DNA of 64,000 nucleotides from Lytechinus pictus (Eukaryota). Made by a program: the position numbers and the translations under genes. The stretch spans positions 3,968,001-4,032,000 of the forward strand of contig NC_087249.1 in NCBI RefSeq assembly GCF_037042905.1. The letters run 5' to 3'. Under the pieces are notes generated by a model that was not told the origin of the DNA, made no database searches, and saw only the letters and a program-made list of their open reading frames with translations. This document shows, piece by piece, positions 15,501 to 30,500 of this stretch. Each line of letters opens with the position of its first letter. The stretch's first letter is position 1.

Positions 15501-18500
15501 GGGAGAGTTGATCCGTGCCAGCTCCATCACACCACCACCTTTCCCAAGAGGGCCAACATTGAAGACCCTCCAAAGGATAAGCTCGCTGCAGAGTCCTGTT
15601 GGAGCGCTCATGTCAGGCCAGTTGAGTTCTGCATTGACCTGCTCCATGAGTTCGTCTGGGAGAATAATATCATCCTTTTCATTGAAATCCTGAGTTGATC
15701 CTTCGACGGTTGAGTTGTACAGTGTCATCAGCCGGTTGTGCTCACTCTCAGAGAGAATGTTTTTGCCAAAGAGGTTTATTGCACCAGGTGTGACAGGGTT
15801 CTGCCCAGTGGCTTCTATTACCATACTGGCGCGTTTCACAATAGAGGCTCTTCGTGATATCATGGAAGTCCTTCGGCTGCGGCTAGTGGCCACATCAAAG
15901 TCCACTTCAACCTTTGGGATGTTATGGTGGGAAGTGGTAAGGAGAAGAGGCAAGATTGGATGGCATGCGAGATGATTGAGGCTGAAGCGATGACCACATG
16001 AGCGCGCAACATGGCTGACATTCAGGACAGTCTGGAACTTAGACCCCTCCTGAAAACTGATCTCCCACTGATTCAATGAACCATTGGCATGCTTTGAGAG
16101 CATGGATACCTTTGGTGTAAATGCAAAGATATCCACACCAGAAGGCACCTGGCTCAGGTACCTGGCAAAACTGTAACTTGGGGTCATGCCACTGGCATCA
16201 ACAGGAGACAAGGGGTCTGCTAATCGCTTGCTGGCTCGAGGGTCCATGGTTAGATTGCTCCGATAAAGCACAAGGTTGTTGCACAGAGTGGTGGCATCAA
16301 ACGTAGGGAAAGCATGTGGAATACGGCAGGAGAAGCTGACCTGGGGTTGCCGATGGACACCAGGGATGTGCTCATCCATCCAGTCTACCAACCAAAGTAG
16401 AAAGGATCCATCGATTGGGTGGATACTGTAAAGCATATCTGGACTGCAATGCCACTCCTTGATCAGTCCCTGGAATTTCTTCTCGATGGCACGCTTCTCT
16501 TCAATGTCCAGCATGTCTGTGTTGGGAAGAGTACTGCTAGGTGGTGAGAATGGGCTGGTGTTCAAGCTATCAGGACGTGCTGGTGGGATACGAGGGCTAC
16601 CACTATTGGTTTCTTTGGTAAGGTCTGTAACAAATAACATAATCAAGAAATATAATGAGATGGCCAAAGCATTGCTAACAGAAACCAAAAAAAATAGTAA
16701 TAGGATTATTGCTAAATAATTTCTAAAACTAAAGTTTACATTTCTAGGGCTTTAAATTTTTGTGGATTGTACTCCTAATAGAGAATGATGAATATCATGA
16801 GCGAAATAACAAATTAGTCAAAAAAGAATAAAAAAAAAACCAAGTAAATTGTTCTGGAGTCAATGAAGATGTAAATTATGAATCTTTACATACCTGGAGA
16901 GGAGTTTTCAACATGTATTTTCACTGTTGGAATGTCATCTGTAATTCAAACATATAAAAAGAAAAACAAAAAATACAGTCACAATTGTTGTTATTTCCAA
17001 TTATGTAAGAAAACATATAGGGGCAGATATGAAAGGATTCAACATTTTCTTAGAATGATATAATTTCATGTAGAATGTTGTGGCCCAGTGAATTAGTCTC
17101 CAGACTGAAAAAAGTGTCATGGGTTCGAATTCACGCCAGGGTGTAATTTCCTTCAGCAATTAATTGATCAACAATATGCTGCAATCAAGCCAGGTGAGGT
17201 AAATGGGTACTGACAGGAAGTAATTCCTCAAGAAGCTGGGAGCACCAGAATCAGTAGGCTGGCATATAGCCGCTGTAATATAGGAGTGCCTTGAGCACCT
17301 AACAAGGTGGACATGTGCGCTATACATTCAAAATCAATTTTTCAGACCACATTCTACAAAACATATCCTATTTAAAAATCCTAATTCAAAAGTTTTCCTG
17401 ACATGCATAAATTTATGTTATCTAAGATTCCACTCTATGAATCGAAGTTACCCAATATTTTAACCCAAAATATTGATGTACAGTGTAGGAGTAGTTTGCA
17501 GGAATAATTTGCTCTTTTCTGTTCCAGTGTAAATATGTTATCAAGATAAAGAGTGTTTTGGAATATATGTATCTCTGATCAAAATTAAGCTTTCGTCGAG
17601 TATTGATACCAAAGAATCAGCATGTAGAGGCACTGGGTCATGTTGCAAAAAGTTAATAATTGTGGTAACTTTGTGATTCATGATAACCTCCATCATGATG
17701 ATGGAATCCTTGACTTTGATTGGCTGTTGAGCATCATTATGATGAAAGCTACCATTGGATGACAGCAGAGATAACGTAAAAGTTACTTTTGTGCAACTGG
17801 ACCAAGAACATGCATGAAACAGATACATCACACTTTAAATCATAATACATGTAAGCGCTCAATGACACAGAATCATTTGGCATAATTTTAGTTGTGAATA
17901 AACAAAAGAAATAAAAGCTATATTCAAAGAGCTTTACTTTGAATTGGAAGGATTCCAGCACATCTCTCTAGCTAAATATTTGCCAAACACCATGGATAAA
18001 TCTGAATAATCAGTTGTTAATCTAGAGTGTGAATCATTGATCAAACAAGGTTTAAACTACATTTATGCTGACAATAGAGCTCCAAACTTTGGCCTTGTCA
18101 CCAATCCATCACTAATTCCTGGCATATCAGATTTAAAGAATTCAAACTACTACCAACTATCACTTGCAGGGCACGTAAACCACTCCAGAGTTGGGCTTTA
18201 GCTTCATAAAAAGTTTAGAATGGGTCAACTAACAAAAGTTCAAAGAGATCTAATGGATTATCACAACTAATTCCATCTGATGACAAAGCATTAAAAATCA
18301 AGTTGCAACATGTCATCACTGAATATTTCATCTTCAAATATGCATGTAATAGAATAAAAGTAACAAATTTACAAATGTACTAGATACTCATTCCTTGCAT
18401 TTCTTTCATTTGACTAGATTATATCTCACATCTCTCTTCTTCAAGGCTTCTCTCTTTTTGTTTATCATTTCACTGAAAAAGGGGTAAATGAAGAGTGTTT

Positions 18501-21500
18501 TGCATTGAGCTCTTGCTGAAATACTCCCCAGGGAGTAGAGCTAATGACCAGGATTTTGAATGATGTACAAGGGGGGGGGGGGGGAGTGTTTCATAAAGCT
18601 GTTCGTAAGTTAAGAGTGACTTTAAGAATGACTGGTGAACCTTTCTTACATGTATGTTAAACCACCACCAATGAACATCTTGGTGTATACCATTTACCAC
18701 AAGAAAGGATCACCAGTCGTTCTTAAAGTCGCTCTTAACTTACCAACAGCTTTATGAAACACCCGCCTGTATCAATATAAAAGTACTAAGATTTCACACT
18801 GTTTCAATTTCAAATATGCTGTTTGAATTTGCCACTCTAACAACTAATGTTTAAAGTTTAAACAACTTGTTTCAGAGCCACATGCTTGAACAACATGCTT
18901 TTTTTTACAGTGTACATAAAAGCAGAATATCAACTATCATAACATACAACTTTCCTGTATATGTTATCAAAGTTAAAACTCATATAAATTTTTTTTTGAA
19001 GACCCACCATCATCTGAGGTTGTGCCCTGATCAAGAGAAGTGTCACCGTCTACCTCCTCCTCCTCTTCCTCTGCTGGTGCAGGGATGGTGGAGGTGCTGT
19101 TCCGAGACTCTTGACCAGTCTGGAGAAGGGTCTCCGCCGCCAGGGTGAACTGGAGCTCTTTGTTGTTTAGCCAGTTGACCACAAAGTTGGGGGCACTACC
19201 CTTGGTCATGGTACCAATGGCAGGCAAGAGTGGAATGTCTGCATAAAAAGAAGATTACTGTTTACAGTACATGTATGTCTTGCTCACCATCAATGTTCTT
19301 AAACTATATTATAAAAACAAAACACAACCCCTAAACAATAGAGAAACTGTCAAATTTTGAATTCAAGGGTGTGTTCATTGACTGCTCATTTTCTTATTTG
19401 CCAATGTATTCTAATATTGATTTCAAAATTGATAAAACATACACCAGGACCACAATTATTACTGATAACTTATTGTTTTGTATTGTGCATGTTTAGAATA
19501 GCCTAATATACCATAACTATCAGACAATTTTCATGTACGTCATGGCGAACATCATATTTGTAATCCACTTTACATTGGTAGATCAAGGAAAATTGGATAT
19601 AAGTCTACTTAATATATTCAAGACAACTAAAGACACTATGAAATCTACTGATTTTGTATCTTATATGATTTGATGCTTCCCTTATAAAACCAAATACATT
19701 TGATTCAGGAGTAATTTATTGCATGAAATATGAAGACAAAAACATAATGTTCCAAATATGCAAAGTTTTTATCAATTTTTGGATCACAGTGTGTGACAGT
19801 ATAATGCGACAGCATTTCAAATTATATATATCAATAGGGGTAAAATATACATTGAATAAAGAAAAAATTACAATTAAATTATAAATCAAAAAATTTCAAA
19901 TTTTATCTTGTGCATTTGATAAAGGATTGAGGACCATATTTGGCTTGCAATAATCAAGATGTTCGTATCAAGATGCTTCATTTTCAGAGCAGCTGTCTGA
20001 AACAGCCCCAATATGCGAATGTTACGTATGTACTACATGTACATGTACAGAAATGTTTGGCAGACAATCCTTGACATTTACAGGTTAAAAAACTGAACAT
20101 GTAACAAGATTATGAATGCATCCTAGCATCTCCAGACAGACACTGAAACATGCATGCATATTTCAAAAATCGAATTAAACCAGATGGAAATGCATCTGCT
20201 TCGAAATGGTGAGGCATGTTCAACTTGAAATTACAAGTACATTAAATAGAGCATACATAAAACATATCAACTTATGTACAGTACAGTCTGAAATATATCT
20301 TTAGGCTACTGGTATCTAACATCTATGACAGAGCCTACATGTATCTATTCATTGCAATATCATAACCATAATTTCTAGGATTTTTACCACACAAAAATTT
20401 ATAAAAAGACTTACAAATGTTTGAGCACTCATCTGTGTATGTAATTGTTTTCATTTTCATTCACCTCTAATACTCATAAGGACACATCATGCATACTTCA
20501 GTTCTTGAGTTGAATTGTTTTATAACCATTTGCGTTCCTTTCTTCCTCTACAGCCTACATGTATGTATGAGCCTGCCTTTTCCATACACATATCTCTCAC
20601 AATGGTACAGTTTATTATACTTTTAATATTTAAACATCATATTTTGATAAATACATGCACATTGTAATTACCGATTTTCTTAACCACCTGTCTCTTTCTC
20701 TCTCCCTCTCTCTCCAACTTATCATCCATTGCATTCTATACTCTCTTCTCTAATCACTTGAACTGCAGGGAATATACATGTATCACTTAGCTTCTTCTTT
20801 TTTTCAATACAATTGTAATGTTCAGTCATTTTAATATCAATCAAGGACCTAGTAGATTAATATACTTTGCAGCACTAAGCCAACTATCATTCTCAAATTG
20901 CCGTCAATCATGTGACACAGGAAGCCAAAGTGTCAGGTGACATAGCTTTGAAGTCTCCCATAAATCCTCTCTTCTCTCCTTACCATTCTTCAATTACCCT
21001 CCTCTCAAATACCCTCAATTTCTCAATTGAGGTATCATTTCTTTGTATTTAAAGAAAGAATAATCTTCAAGTTGATATCATACACAAATATGACTGTTTC
21101 TTTTCATGCCCATGTACATGTACAAGTAGGCAAGTGTGTATTCTAATATTTGATGTCACAATCAAATGAGTTTATTGTGATGATTCTATAAAGGGTGATA
21201 GCCAGGTCACTACAAGATAATCATACACATGGAAATGCATGCACAATTAGTTGATTAAACTCAATAAAGTGTAGTTCACATAAGTTTGTGAGGTATTTGT
21301 TCACCTTCTATAAAGAATAGAGAAATATTTCTATGAATGTGAATTTACAGGATTTAACTTTCAAAGTTTCATACATTATCTGCTTGAAGATTGTCGAATT
21401 TTTATACCAACTTTTATCTGAATCACACCCATTTAAACTCCCCCAGCTCTTTCTTTCTTTCCCTCCCTGTCCACCTTCTCTCTCTTTCCTTTCCTCCTTC

Positions 21501-24500
21501 TTGCAAGGAGACAAAGAGAAATTTTCCCATCCCCCATTATACGTAAGTTACCCCCAAACCCAGAAAAGGGTTACTACTGAGTTGAATAATGAACTTAATT
21601 TGACATGTGCCATGATTTATGTAGTATAAAATGCAATATATTTATTTTCCGTGCACCCATCTGCCCTTTTCCCGGTACTTATCTCACTCACTCCTCCCCT
21701 CAAATTTTGCTCTGATCTCCTTCACCTCCCCTTTTTCTTTCTCTTCCTCTAATTACACTATTAAACTGTTTGACTTTTATTTAATTCCTTATTTCCATTC
21801 AGTCATTTTTTTTATAATCAAACTGAATTTAGTTGAAGATCATATTCAGTCAAGTGACTATCATGGGATTAGTCAGAATTCCTTACCAAGTGACAAATTA
21901 AACAATACTCTCCAATGCTAATCCAGTGCTAACTAGTTCTAAAATAGTCCAATACTAATAACAGGATGTTAGGAATTGCTGTAATAGAGTACTTCAATTA
22001 GTAATCGTATCTGCTTTCAAAATCCAAGCAAATACAAGCCTATAATTAGTAACTGGATTAGCTGGGATGGATCATAAATGGTGATAGCATTCTTATTGTT
22101 TTTATCTCATTAGCATGATATTTATAAGCATTTATTCTGATTGAGCAAAAGATACGAATTAAAAATACATTTAGAAAAGGAATAAAAATAAATCTTTTTA
22201 CAAAGATATTTCTCAATCTCCTCTCACCTTGTATAAAATCATTTTCGATCAAACAATTGCATTATGAAGTATATTTCAAAGGTTAATTTTTTTGAACAAG
22301 GATGATCAAAAATAAGAGAAGGTAAAGTAAAAATGAGGAAAATAAGTTAAGGATGAGAAAAAGAAGGGATCTACATGTACATGTAGGTGAAAATGAAAGA
22401 ATGCAAAAAAAGGGTAAGACATGCCTCATCCCCATCCCCCGGAAAAAAAGGAGACAGACAGACAGACAAAAAGAAGAAATAGAAAAAAGGGGTTTAAAAG
22501 TACACAGTATTTTCATCTTACCTGTATTAGGGTTTATGGTAGCTGCAATGTGAAAATGTAGGGGATTCCCCCCTAATCCATTCCTCTGTACTTTGCCATG
22601 ATAGTACCTATGTAGCTCATGTTCTTTCTTCTGGCTTGGCAAGGGAATGGCATGCTCAACTTGCTTTTTCTTTTTTCTTAACAAAAATCAAAATAAGAAA
22701 AATGTGTTAAAACTTAAAACTAACAATCACTTTAAAAGACATTTCTAGTTCGATTCCTCGATACTCCCTTATCACAAGCTTTTCATGTTTATCATGAAAT
22801 TCTTTCATAAAATTGGAAATTATTTTGTCTGAAAAAAATATGCCTGGATAAAATTTTCCAGGAAACACAATTTATGGGCTGCAAAACATGTAGAGAGCAG
22901 AGTACACATTTCAATTTGCATGAAGAACCTCAAAATCAAATAAAGCAAAATAATTTGTTTCTTTTTCATTAATAATTGTTATTTGAGTGCTTTCTGCTAT
23001 TGTTTGTCAAATTTTATCAACATGCATACTTCAATTACAAGAAATAATAAAGTGATAGAATATGCATTGCATTGCGGTGAGTACATGTAGGATCATGTTT
23101 AAAATGCAAGACATGCATATATTTTTACAGTTTAAAAATGAAATATCAATAAAAAGACAAAAGATTGAAAGCACCTTTCTATTATCTAGTTGTTATTTTT
23201 AAATTTCATAGCTTAATTTGCATGTACATGTATGTGACTGAATTCCTGGGGGAATTTTATCTACTAAATTGATTTTAAGATTTGATTAAATACCTGCAAA
23301 AGGGATAAAAACATCTTTTAAATCATTTTAGAAATTTTGAACATAATAAAATACACACAATTTAATGGGGACTTGGCAGTAATGGTCCTCAAAGGTCTTT
23401 TATCAACAAATTTCAATTTTCAAACTCATTTGCATAATTGGTGACCCCTATCCTGATATTTAAAAACAGGAGAGTAGTCATATAAGTTTGGTTGGTGAAA
23501 TAAAGTCAAATTGTCCTTCAGCATTAATCTGTTCATCACCCCAGTAAAGATAAATAAAACATCAAATAACAAAGACAGAAATAATGATAATCCAGCTTTA
23601 AAAGGATTAAACAAATAATAAAACATGCTAAGATAATAAGTGTGCATGACTTGTACAGTGTAACTGTGCCTGATTGCCAATTATAGAAATAATCTATTCC
23701 AGGTACATGTAGAAGATCATCATTAACCCTGACTTTGTTCAAAATGTACATTTGAGTACAGTAGATGTACAGAAATTTATGATTGTGCAAACTTTCCCTA
23801 CAATTACCATTGTATACTGTATTATATGAAAGTAAAACATAATAGCAAAACATGAAAATAAATACTACCAACTATCAAATCTCTGTAAATAATGAACTGT
23901 AAAGATTGTTATCAAGCAAAAAAATATATATTCAGCTTTCACTGAAAAGGGTTTTTGTTAAAACTCTAAATGCAATATCCTCTAACACTACACAAGCAAA
24001 TTTTAAAGGGAAAACAAGTAAATATACAACATTATCAATCCCTCACTGGTCAAAGAATAACAAATTAGCATAAAAAAGAAGAGAGTTATAAACAAATATA
24101 TGTTACAAGAAAAAAATAGGGCAAAAGAGGAAAGAGCCACTCCAAGTTACTCTGAGAAAATTAAAATCTCTATCCCACAGGTTTAATCAGGGTGTTTTAA
24201 GTGTCTGTTTTAAAATTTAAACGGCAATATGAATCATGATTATAAAATGCAGATATGAGAAACAAAGGGTGTGTTCAATGTCCTCCATTCCCAGTCGTTA
24301 AAGTGAACGTCTCTCAAATCACAATACGGAGGAATATGAATAAAAAAAGATGCATTTGCAAATGCGGTCACCTCAGATTTCATGACCTTCAGCATCGCGA
24401 ATTGAACACGATTGAGTTTTGAAACGTTTGCTCTCGCAGTGGAAGCAGAGACACAAGCAGGTGCCAAATTGACCTTCCTTGTGATGGGTCAAACTGCCCA

Positions 24501-27500
24501 GAAAGCTGCGCTAATGAAAGCGGGATATTTAAAGACAATCAACATATATACATGTATAGCAGCTTTATATTTTTGACACTGAACAGTGCACCACTGATCG
24601 TGTTTGTGTTTTGTCAATACTGAGTTTACAATCATGATTCATGTTGCTGTTTAAAATTGAAACTCAACATTGAACACACCCTCTGTCATTAGAAAGAAGG
24701 TGTATTTTGAAAAGTTATCTGGTTGCTAATGTACATGCACTAGTAAGAGGCCTAAAGAATAATTTAAACAAACCAAATAGACTTGTCTTGTTTAGGGTTT
24801 ACATGCAACATTTCAATACTAAAGATTACCAAAACCACATGAAGGTTGGAGAGTGAATATATTGTAGATTTAAAACTTGTGGAGACCTATTGGTAGATCA
24901 TGAATCACCATTTTTTTTTTTTGGGGGGGGGGAGGCATGGGCATATAGACTGCTAGGCAATATTTCAGTACTATCAAAATTTCATGCGATATTGAAAAAT
25001 TATTGAATATTCGATACTGGTTTTATGAACGTGACAATGTGATATGAGCAAAATATTATCAATTACAAAAAGTTTATCACTATTTACTGACCAAAATGCT
25101 GCTCTGTATTGCTTTAAACCAACTCAGAACTTCCTAAGTTGGTACACAAACGCCAGCTTGTCATAGACAAGCATCAATGAAAGCCTTTACTTTCATTTCC
25201 CCCTTCCCTGTTCGATTGCAGAATTGAAGCTCAAAATGAACATGTATAATGAACTTTCAGACTCGGCGATATATTGTGCTATCTACCACATTTTCCTGGC
25301 GATAATCAACTAACATTGAAATCAAACATCGACCAGAACTATGACCTACATAATTTAAGTAGGGGATGATGAAACTAGACGTACACATTGTATTTCAACC
25401 TTCTGAGTAATATTAAAGTTCATCCCGCATCTCTATAAAAAATAGTTGTTTTGCATTCAATGATTTTTTCAAAAGGAATTAATCATGCACTCTGTACTAG
25501 TGATGCCATATGGTGTAGATTGTGAGTCTTTAATGTATCAAAGTGTATCAAAGTGATGCAAAGTAGGTAAAAAATCCATGCATCAAACATTATTTGATCT
25601 AGTTGATAGACATTTATTCTACATTAGATACATGTAGCTAGCTATACCTGTCTATTCACTTTTAGCAATATGATTTAAAATTCATTTAAATAAATTATTT
25701 CTTTATTTTGCTTGCTCTTCATTATTTTTTTGTTTATTCTATTTTATTTGAGAGGGGCAGAAAGCAGGTTTTCATTTACTTTAGGATTAGATTCTAGTAC
25801 ATTCAAAAGAAAAAAAGGCACTTTTCAATATCATTCAACCTATACAGATCAACCATAATGCTGTTAGACAATTCATGGTCAGCGCAAAATGCTTCAAAGA
25901 TCAAACAAGACCATTCTGGTAAGTCAATAACACATACTGTACATCAAGAGGCCTCTTTCAGGGCAAGAATTAAGTAATCACAGTTTACATATCAGGGTGT
26001 TTCACAAAATTGTTACATGTATTAAAAGGTATGTAAGGCTGTTCTTGATGTACAGTCTCTTTGATAGACCCAGCGATATTTGCCCCTGAGCATGACAATC
26101 CAATGCCATTCAACCAACTCTAAAGTGTTTTATACCAGATGTAAGTGTAACCAACTTGTTGTGAAAAGCCTCCATAAGGGCTGTTTCATAAAGCTGTTCA
26201 TAAAACTGCATGAATTTTTCATTGATGGATTGATTGGCAATAAAAACTTGATTGTTGTTTCAAGCTGTTGAAATGAAGTTTCGATGAAAACGCACTGTCT
26301 GTCATCTATAGGGGGCAAAACTGTTGTTTTGAAAAAGATGAGGAAAAAGGTAACATATTTTTTTAACTCGGCACATCTTTACAAAAAGCTTTATGAAACA
26401 TCCCTGAATAGTTATGAAAACCCAAGGAATCATTCCATCTCCCAGAGATCTAGTCTACAGTGCATTCCTGTGCATTCAGAATGAGGTAAAATTTTGTTAG
26501 CAAGACACTCGTTTCTCTTCTACTGAAGAACTTACTGAAATGAAGTGCTTTCACTATCATGTCCATCAATCTCATCCCTGTTCATAAGATAATGGTACAT
26601 TATAGGCTCTAATGAAATATTATTCTCCAACATGAGACAACACATCCAGTTGTAGTGCTTCTTTAAGTTTTTATGGAATGTACAAATGTAATTCTATATG
26701 ATTTTCTGGCAAAATTTACACTAAAATAAAAATTTACTTGAATGTGTAATCCATACAAATCTCCAGTAAGAATAACTTGTCTAAACTTACATGTATCAGC
26801 AAAATAATTGTCTAATATCATACTAAATGTAAACTTATGTTTGTTAGTCAATGAATAAAGGGTACTTCCTCTTTCAACTCTTTCATCCTCACCAATTGTT
26901 TTCTTAAGACATATCAATTAATTTGTTTGTTACTGTTTTGCTGTTGGTATAAAATGAATCTATCATAAAAACTGTTCCACTTTTATAATGAGAACGCTCG
27001 AACAATTTGAAAGATTATAGCCATCATACTCATATAAAGAGTCCACTTTAAAAGCTTGTGATTTTTTTCCCCAAGACTACAATATTTGAAGTTTAGCTGA
27101 GGTGATACATAGTGCGCCATTGAATAGCCAACCAGACCAATTTCTGTAAACAATAACATCATGGGAGAGTTTCATCAACATTTTGTCTGACAAATTATCA
27201 GACCTGACATCTTTCCTAGATTCTGATTGGCTATTAGAGGCACTGTTTCTATGGTAACTGTTAGATAAAATGGGACATGTTGGATGAAACGTCCGACAAG
27301 TCCCTCATGAAATGCTCCCCAGGAACTTGACTTTTCAAAAAATGAATTAAATTATGGAAAAATAGAATGGCAGAAAAGGAAAACAATAAAGTATAATTGC
27401 CCTCATTCTTAACTGCCAGAGAAATTGAAGCTCGGTGAGATTTATTTGTATCTGTGGAGCCAGTTTTGGGATTTTGACAGATCAGGATTTTATTCAAATG

Positions 27501-30500
27501 TTAGGAGGAAAAAAGATGTTGAATTATCAACATTTCTTGAATACAGTTCAGTGTTCATTTACTTCTCACAATTCTAGCCTCAAAGAATACAAAACAAACT
27601 ATAGAAGGATCATAAAGAGAAACATACCTAGGTTTGATGTTGAGACTGAAATTTGGTCTCTTGGTGGCAGTGGTAGTATGTTCCTTGGTGTTTCCAACAT
27701 GTTTGCTGTATTTAGACGTTCCCTTTGATGATGTGGTATCAGGGAGAAGTGTCTCACACCACAATCTACAGATGTTGTCACGACATGATGTCACCAGGAC
27801 GTTGGCAACCGCACCACTGAAACAGAGCATTGAGTTTAATTATTAGTTCGTTAATATGTACAGTAGGTAGACTGGGAGATGATCATTGTCTCAAGGCATA
27901 CCTGCCAACCTTTGATAATAAAAAATCAGTATCAAAGTCACGAGGGCGCCGAGCGGGTCGCGCGCGAGATGGTTTCCCCCTCCCATGGTAGGGACTCTGC
28001 ATTTTCTGCATGTAAAAGTAGCATTTCCCTACCCTTTTTAAAGCAAATTTACCCTCTTAACCATACCACAGGATGACCTACATGTAACGTTAGTCTACTT
28101 ATATGTAATATAATATCATTTATCAATCAAACATTAAAACAAGGGTCTTTAAGATATCACGTTTGTGACAAAAAAATACACCCAGTTTCATTCAGGTGTG
28201 ATTTGTTTTCATTGAAATCTATATAGATTTAGGAATAATTTGATTTTGAGCATATTTTTGTAAGGCCCTCTATTGTTGGAAAGTTTCTGGAAAGATTCTC
28301 TTTTTAATCAGAAAAAAACTAATTTCAAGAATTCAATTGAGTTTTGGGCCAAGGGATATTTTGTATCATTAATTCAGATTCAAGTTGGCCTAGCCTACTG
28401 TATTAAAAACTGAGTGCAAAAAAATCTAACAAGTGATGGAATCACTTGAGTGACGCTGTCATCAACTCAACATCGACAAGCTCATTCAAGAAGGCCATTG
28501 ACAGAGCTCTCTAATCCTCACCCCGCCCTCTCTCACCCCATGCGTTTATGCCCAGGAGGGCCCTGCATCGTATACATCCAGATCCAGAACATTTATTTAT
28601 CATTTATAATTATATCAAGTCTATCATATGCATCAAAATAAGCCAAACATTGTCATCTTATTCATGTTTATATTTCACCACACAGGAGTAGTGACTGAGG
28701 ACAAGGTTATATCATAACCTTTATTAGATAAGTGCTTGTTGGCATAAGAAAGCATATTTTCAGCCATGACAAAAACGGAGCCGAAGTAATACGGCGGAAT
28801 ACGCCCGACCCGCACCCACCACTGCACTTGCGGTGCGCCGATGAGACTGGGAGGCTGAGGCGCTGCAACTCGGGCGCCGGGAGTTTAGGCAAGCGAAGCA
28901 AGTAGATTTGGCGTTCGGCTCCGATGGATCAACTTGACTCGAAAGTTGATAATTGCCGCTTTCTTTCTCACAAATTTGACAATTATTCGAAAAAATAAAG
29001 TACAGATCAATTTAACATTGCGTAGGGATAAACTTGAGTAACTGCGGCAGAGCCTCCCGATGTGCACGGCGCGGCCGATCGGCCGGGTAAGCAGGCGCCG
29101 GTAAGCAGACTCATCAATGATATTACCAACACACTCTAGACACCAGTACACGACTCATTCACTAACTCATTCCACAATACAAAATCATCCGGCGAAAAGA
29201 GCAAAACCTCGAATAAAAAGTAAAATTATCTTACTAAATCACCATATTTCGCGTCAAAAATATCACCATCCTTAATTCTATACATCGTAGTTAGGAAACA
29301 AGGGGTCTAAAAAAGTGAATTTTTCACGGTTTTTCCGATGTTCGTGGATTTTGAAAACGTGTCCTCACTGAAAACTGGCACTTTCGCGAGCCGCTGTGGC
29401 CGCTGCTCGTAATTTTCACATGCAATTGCAATGGAACTGTGCACTTAGCACTTAGCCGTGCGCCCCAGTTGTTTATGCGTTAGTCGTATGTTACAGCCGC
29501 TTATGCGTTAGTCGCATCATACAGCCGTTTCAATAATTTCAACACTATATTGATTGACCTAAAAATCGGAATTTTGGTTTTAAAATTCGGAATTCGGAAT
29601 GGAGGCTAAAAAATCGGTATAATTCCGCCAAAATCGGAATGGTTGGCAGGTATGTCAAGGTAAACTATACACGAACAGGATAGTGTAATATATGCAAGAA
29701 TGAATAAGTGAATTAGAGGACAAGAAATAAGTACTGAGGAAAAAGGAACTCCTGGACAGTTCAAGATTATTCAAGATTATTGTTATTGTAAATATAGTTT
29801 ATATTGTAATTTGTTTTTCCTGCAAGTAACTTTTGTGGCCCAGCATGTAATTTAATAGTTTATGATTTCCTTTTTATCATGTATACACCTACATGTATGT
29901 TCCTGTCTTTGATTTTGAATATTGAATAAAGAGATTAAGAGTGAGAGAATAACCAATATAAAAGGGGCAAAAGAGAAAAGACATCAGACATACCTTGGCA
30001 TGTACTTGCTTGTTTTCCTCCAAGAGAATCCAGTAACAGCCCTGGGATGTGCGATGTAGATGAAACTGTAGCTATCACTCTTGTTGGAGTCATCATGGAC
30101 CTGATCCTTTGTGGTACCAGAACCAATACTGGGGTGTCTATTCTGGTACCATATCTTCACTAACCTATCAGCCTGGGTGAATGAGATAGAGAAAATCATT
30201 TTTACCAAAAGGGGCATTCAAAATACACTGATTTTAATCCACACAAGTGAAGTATTTTTCTACAGGTAATTGATTGTTCTTCTAAAGTCCAGATTCCTGT
30301 AGCGATTTATTCTCTTCTGACTTGAAAACCATAGATTTCACATAGATTGATCTTACATTCTCCATGTTGTATAAATAGATTATCTTCAAACTTTCTAATA
30401 GTAACTGATGGCCATTAATTTATCCCTATAAGTAGTCTATTTTCTTCTCCTTTTTTTAGTATATATTTTAAGGAACAATACTGGACCATAGCAAGGTATT

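Noticed and set aside
4863-16719. Numerous plus-strand ORFs overlapping large DMXL exons
   Set aside because: Antisense shadows of coding sequence, with no independent splice or homology support
28707-29151. Short ORFs inside the 1.76-kb element as transposase
   Set aside because: Too short, with no DDE or DNA-binding motifs
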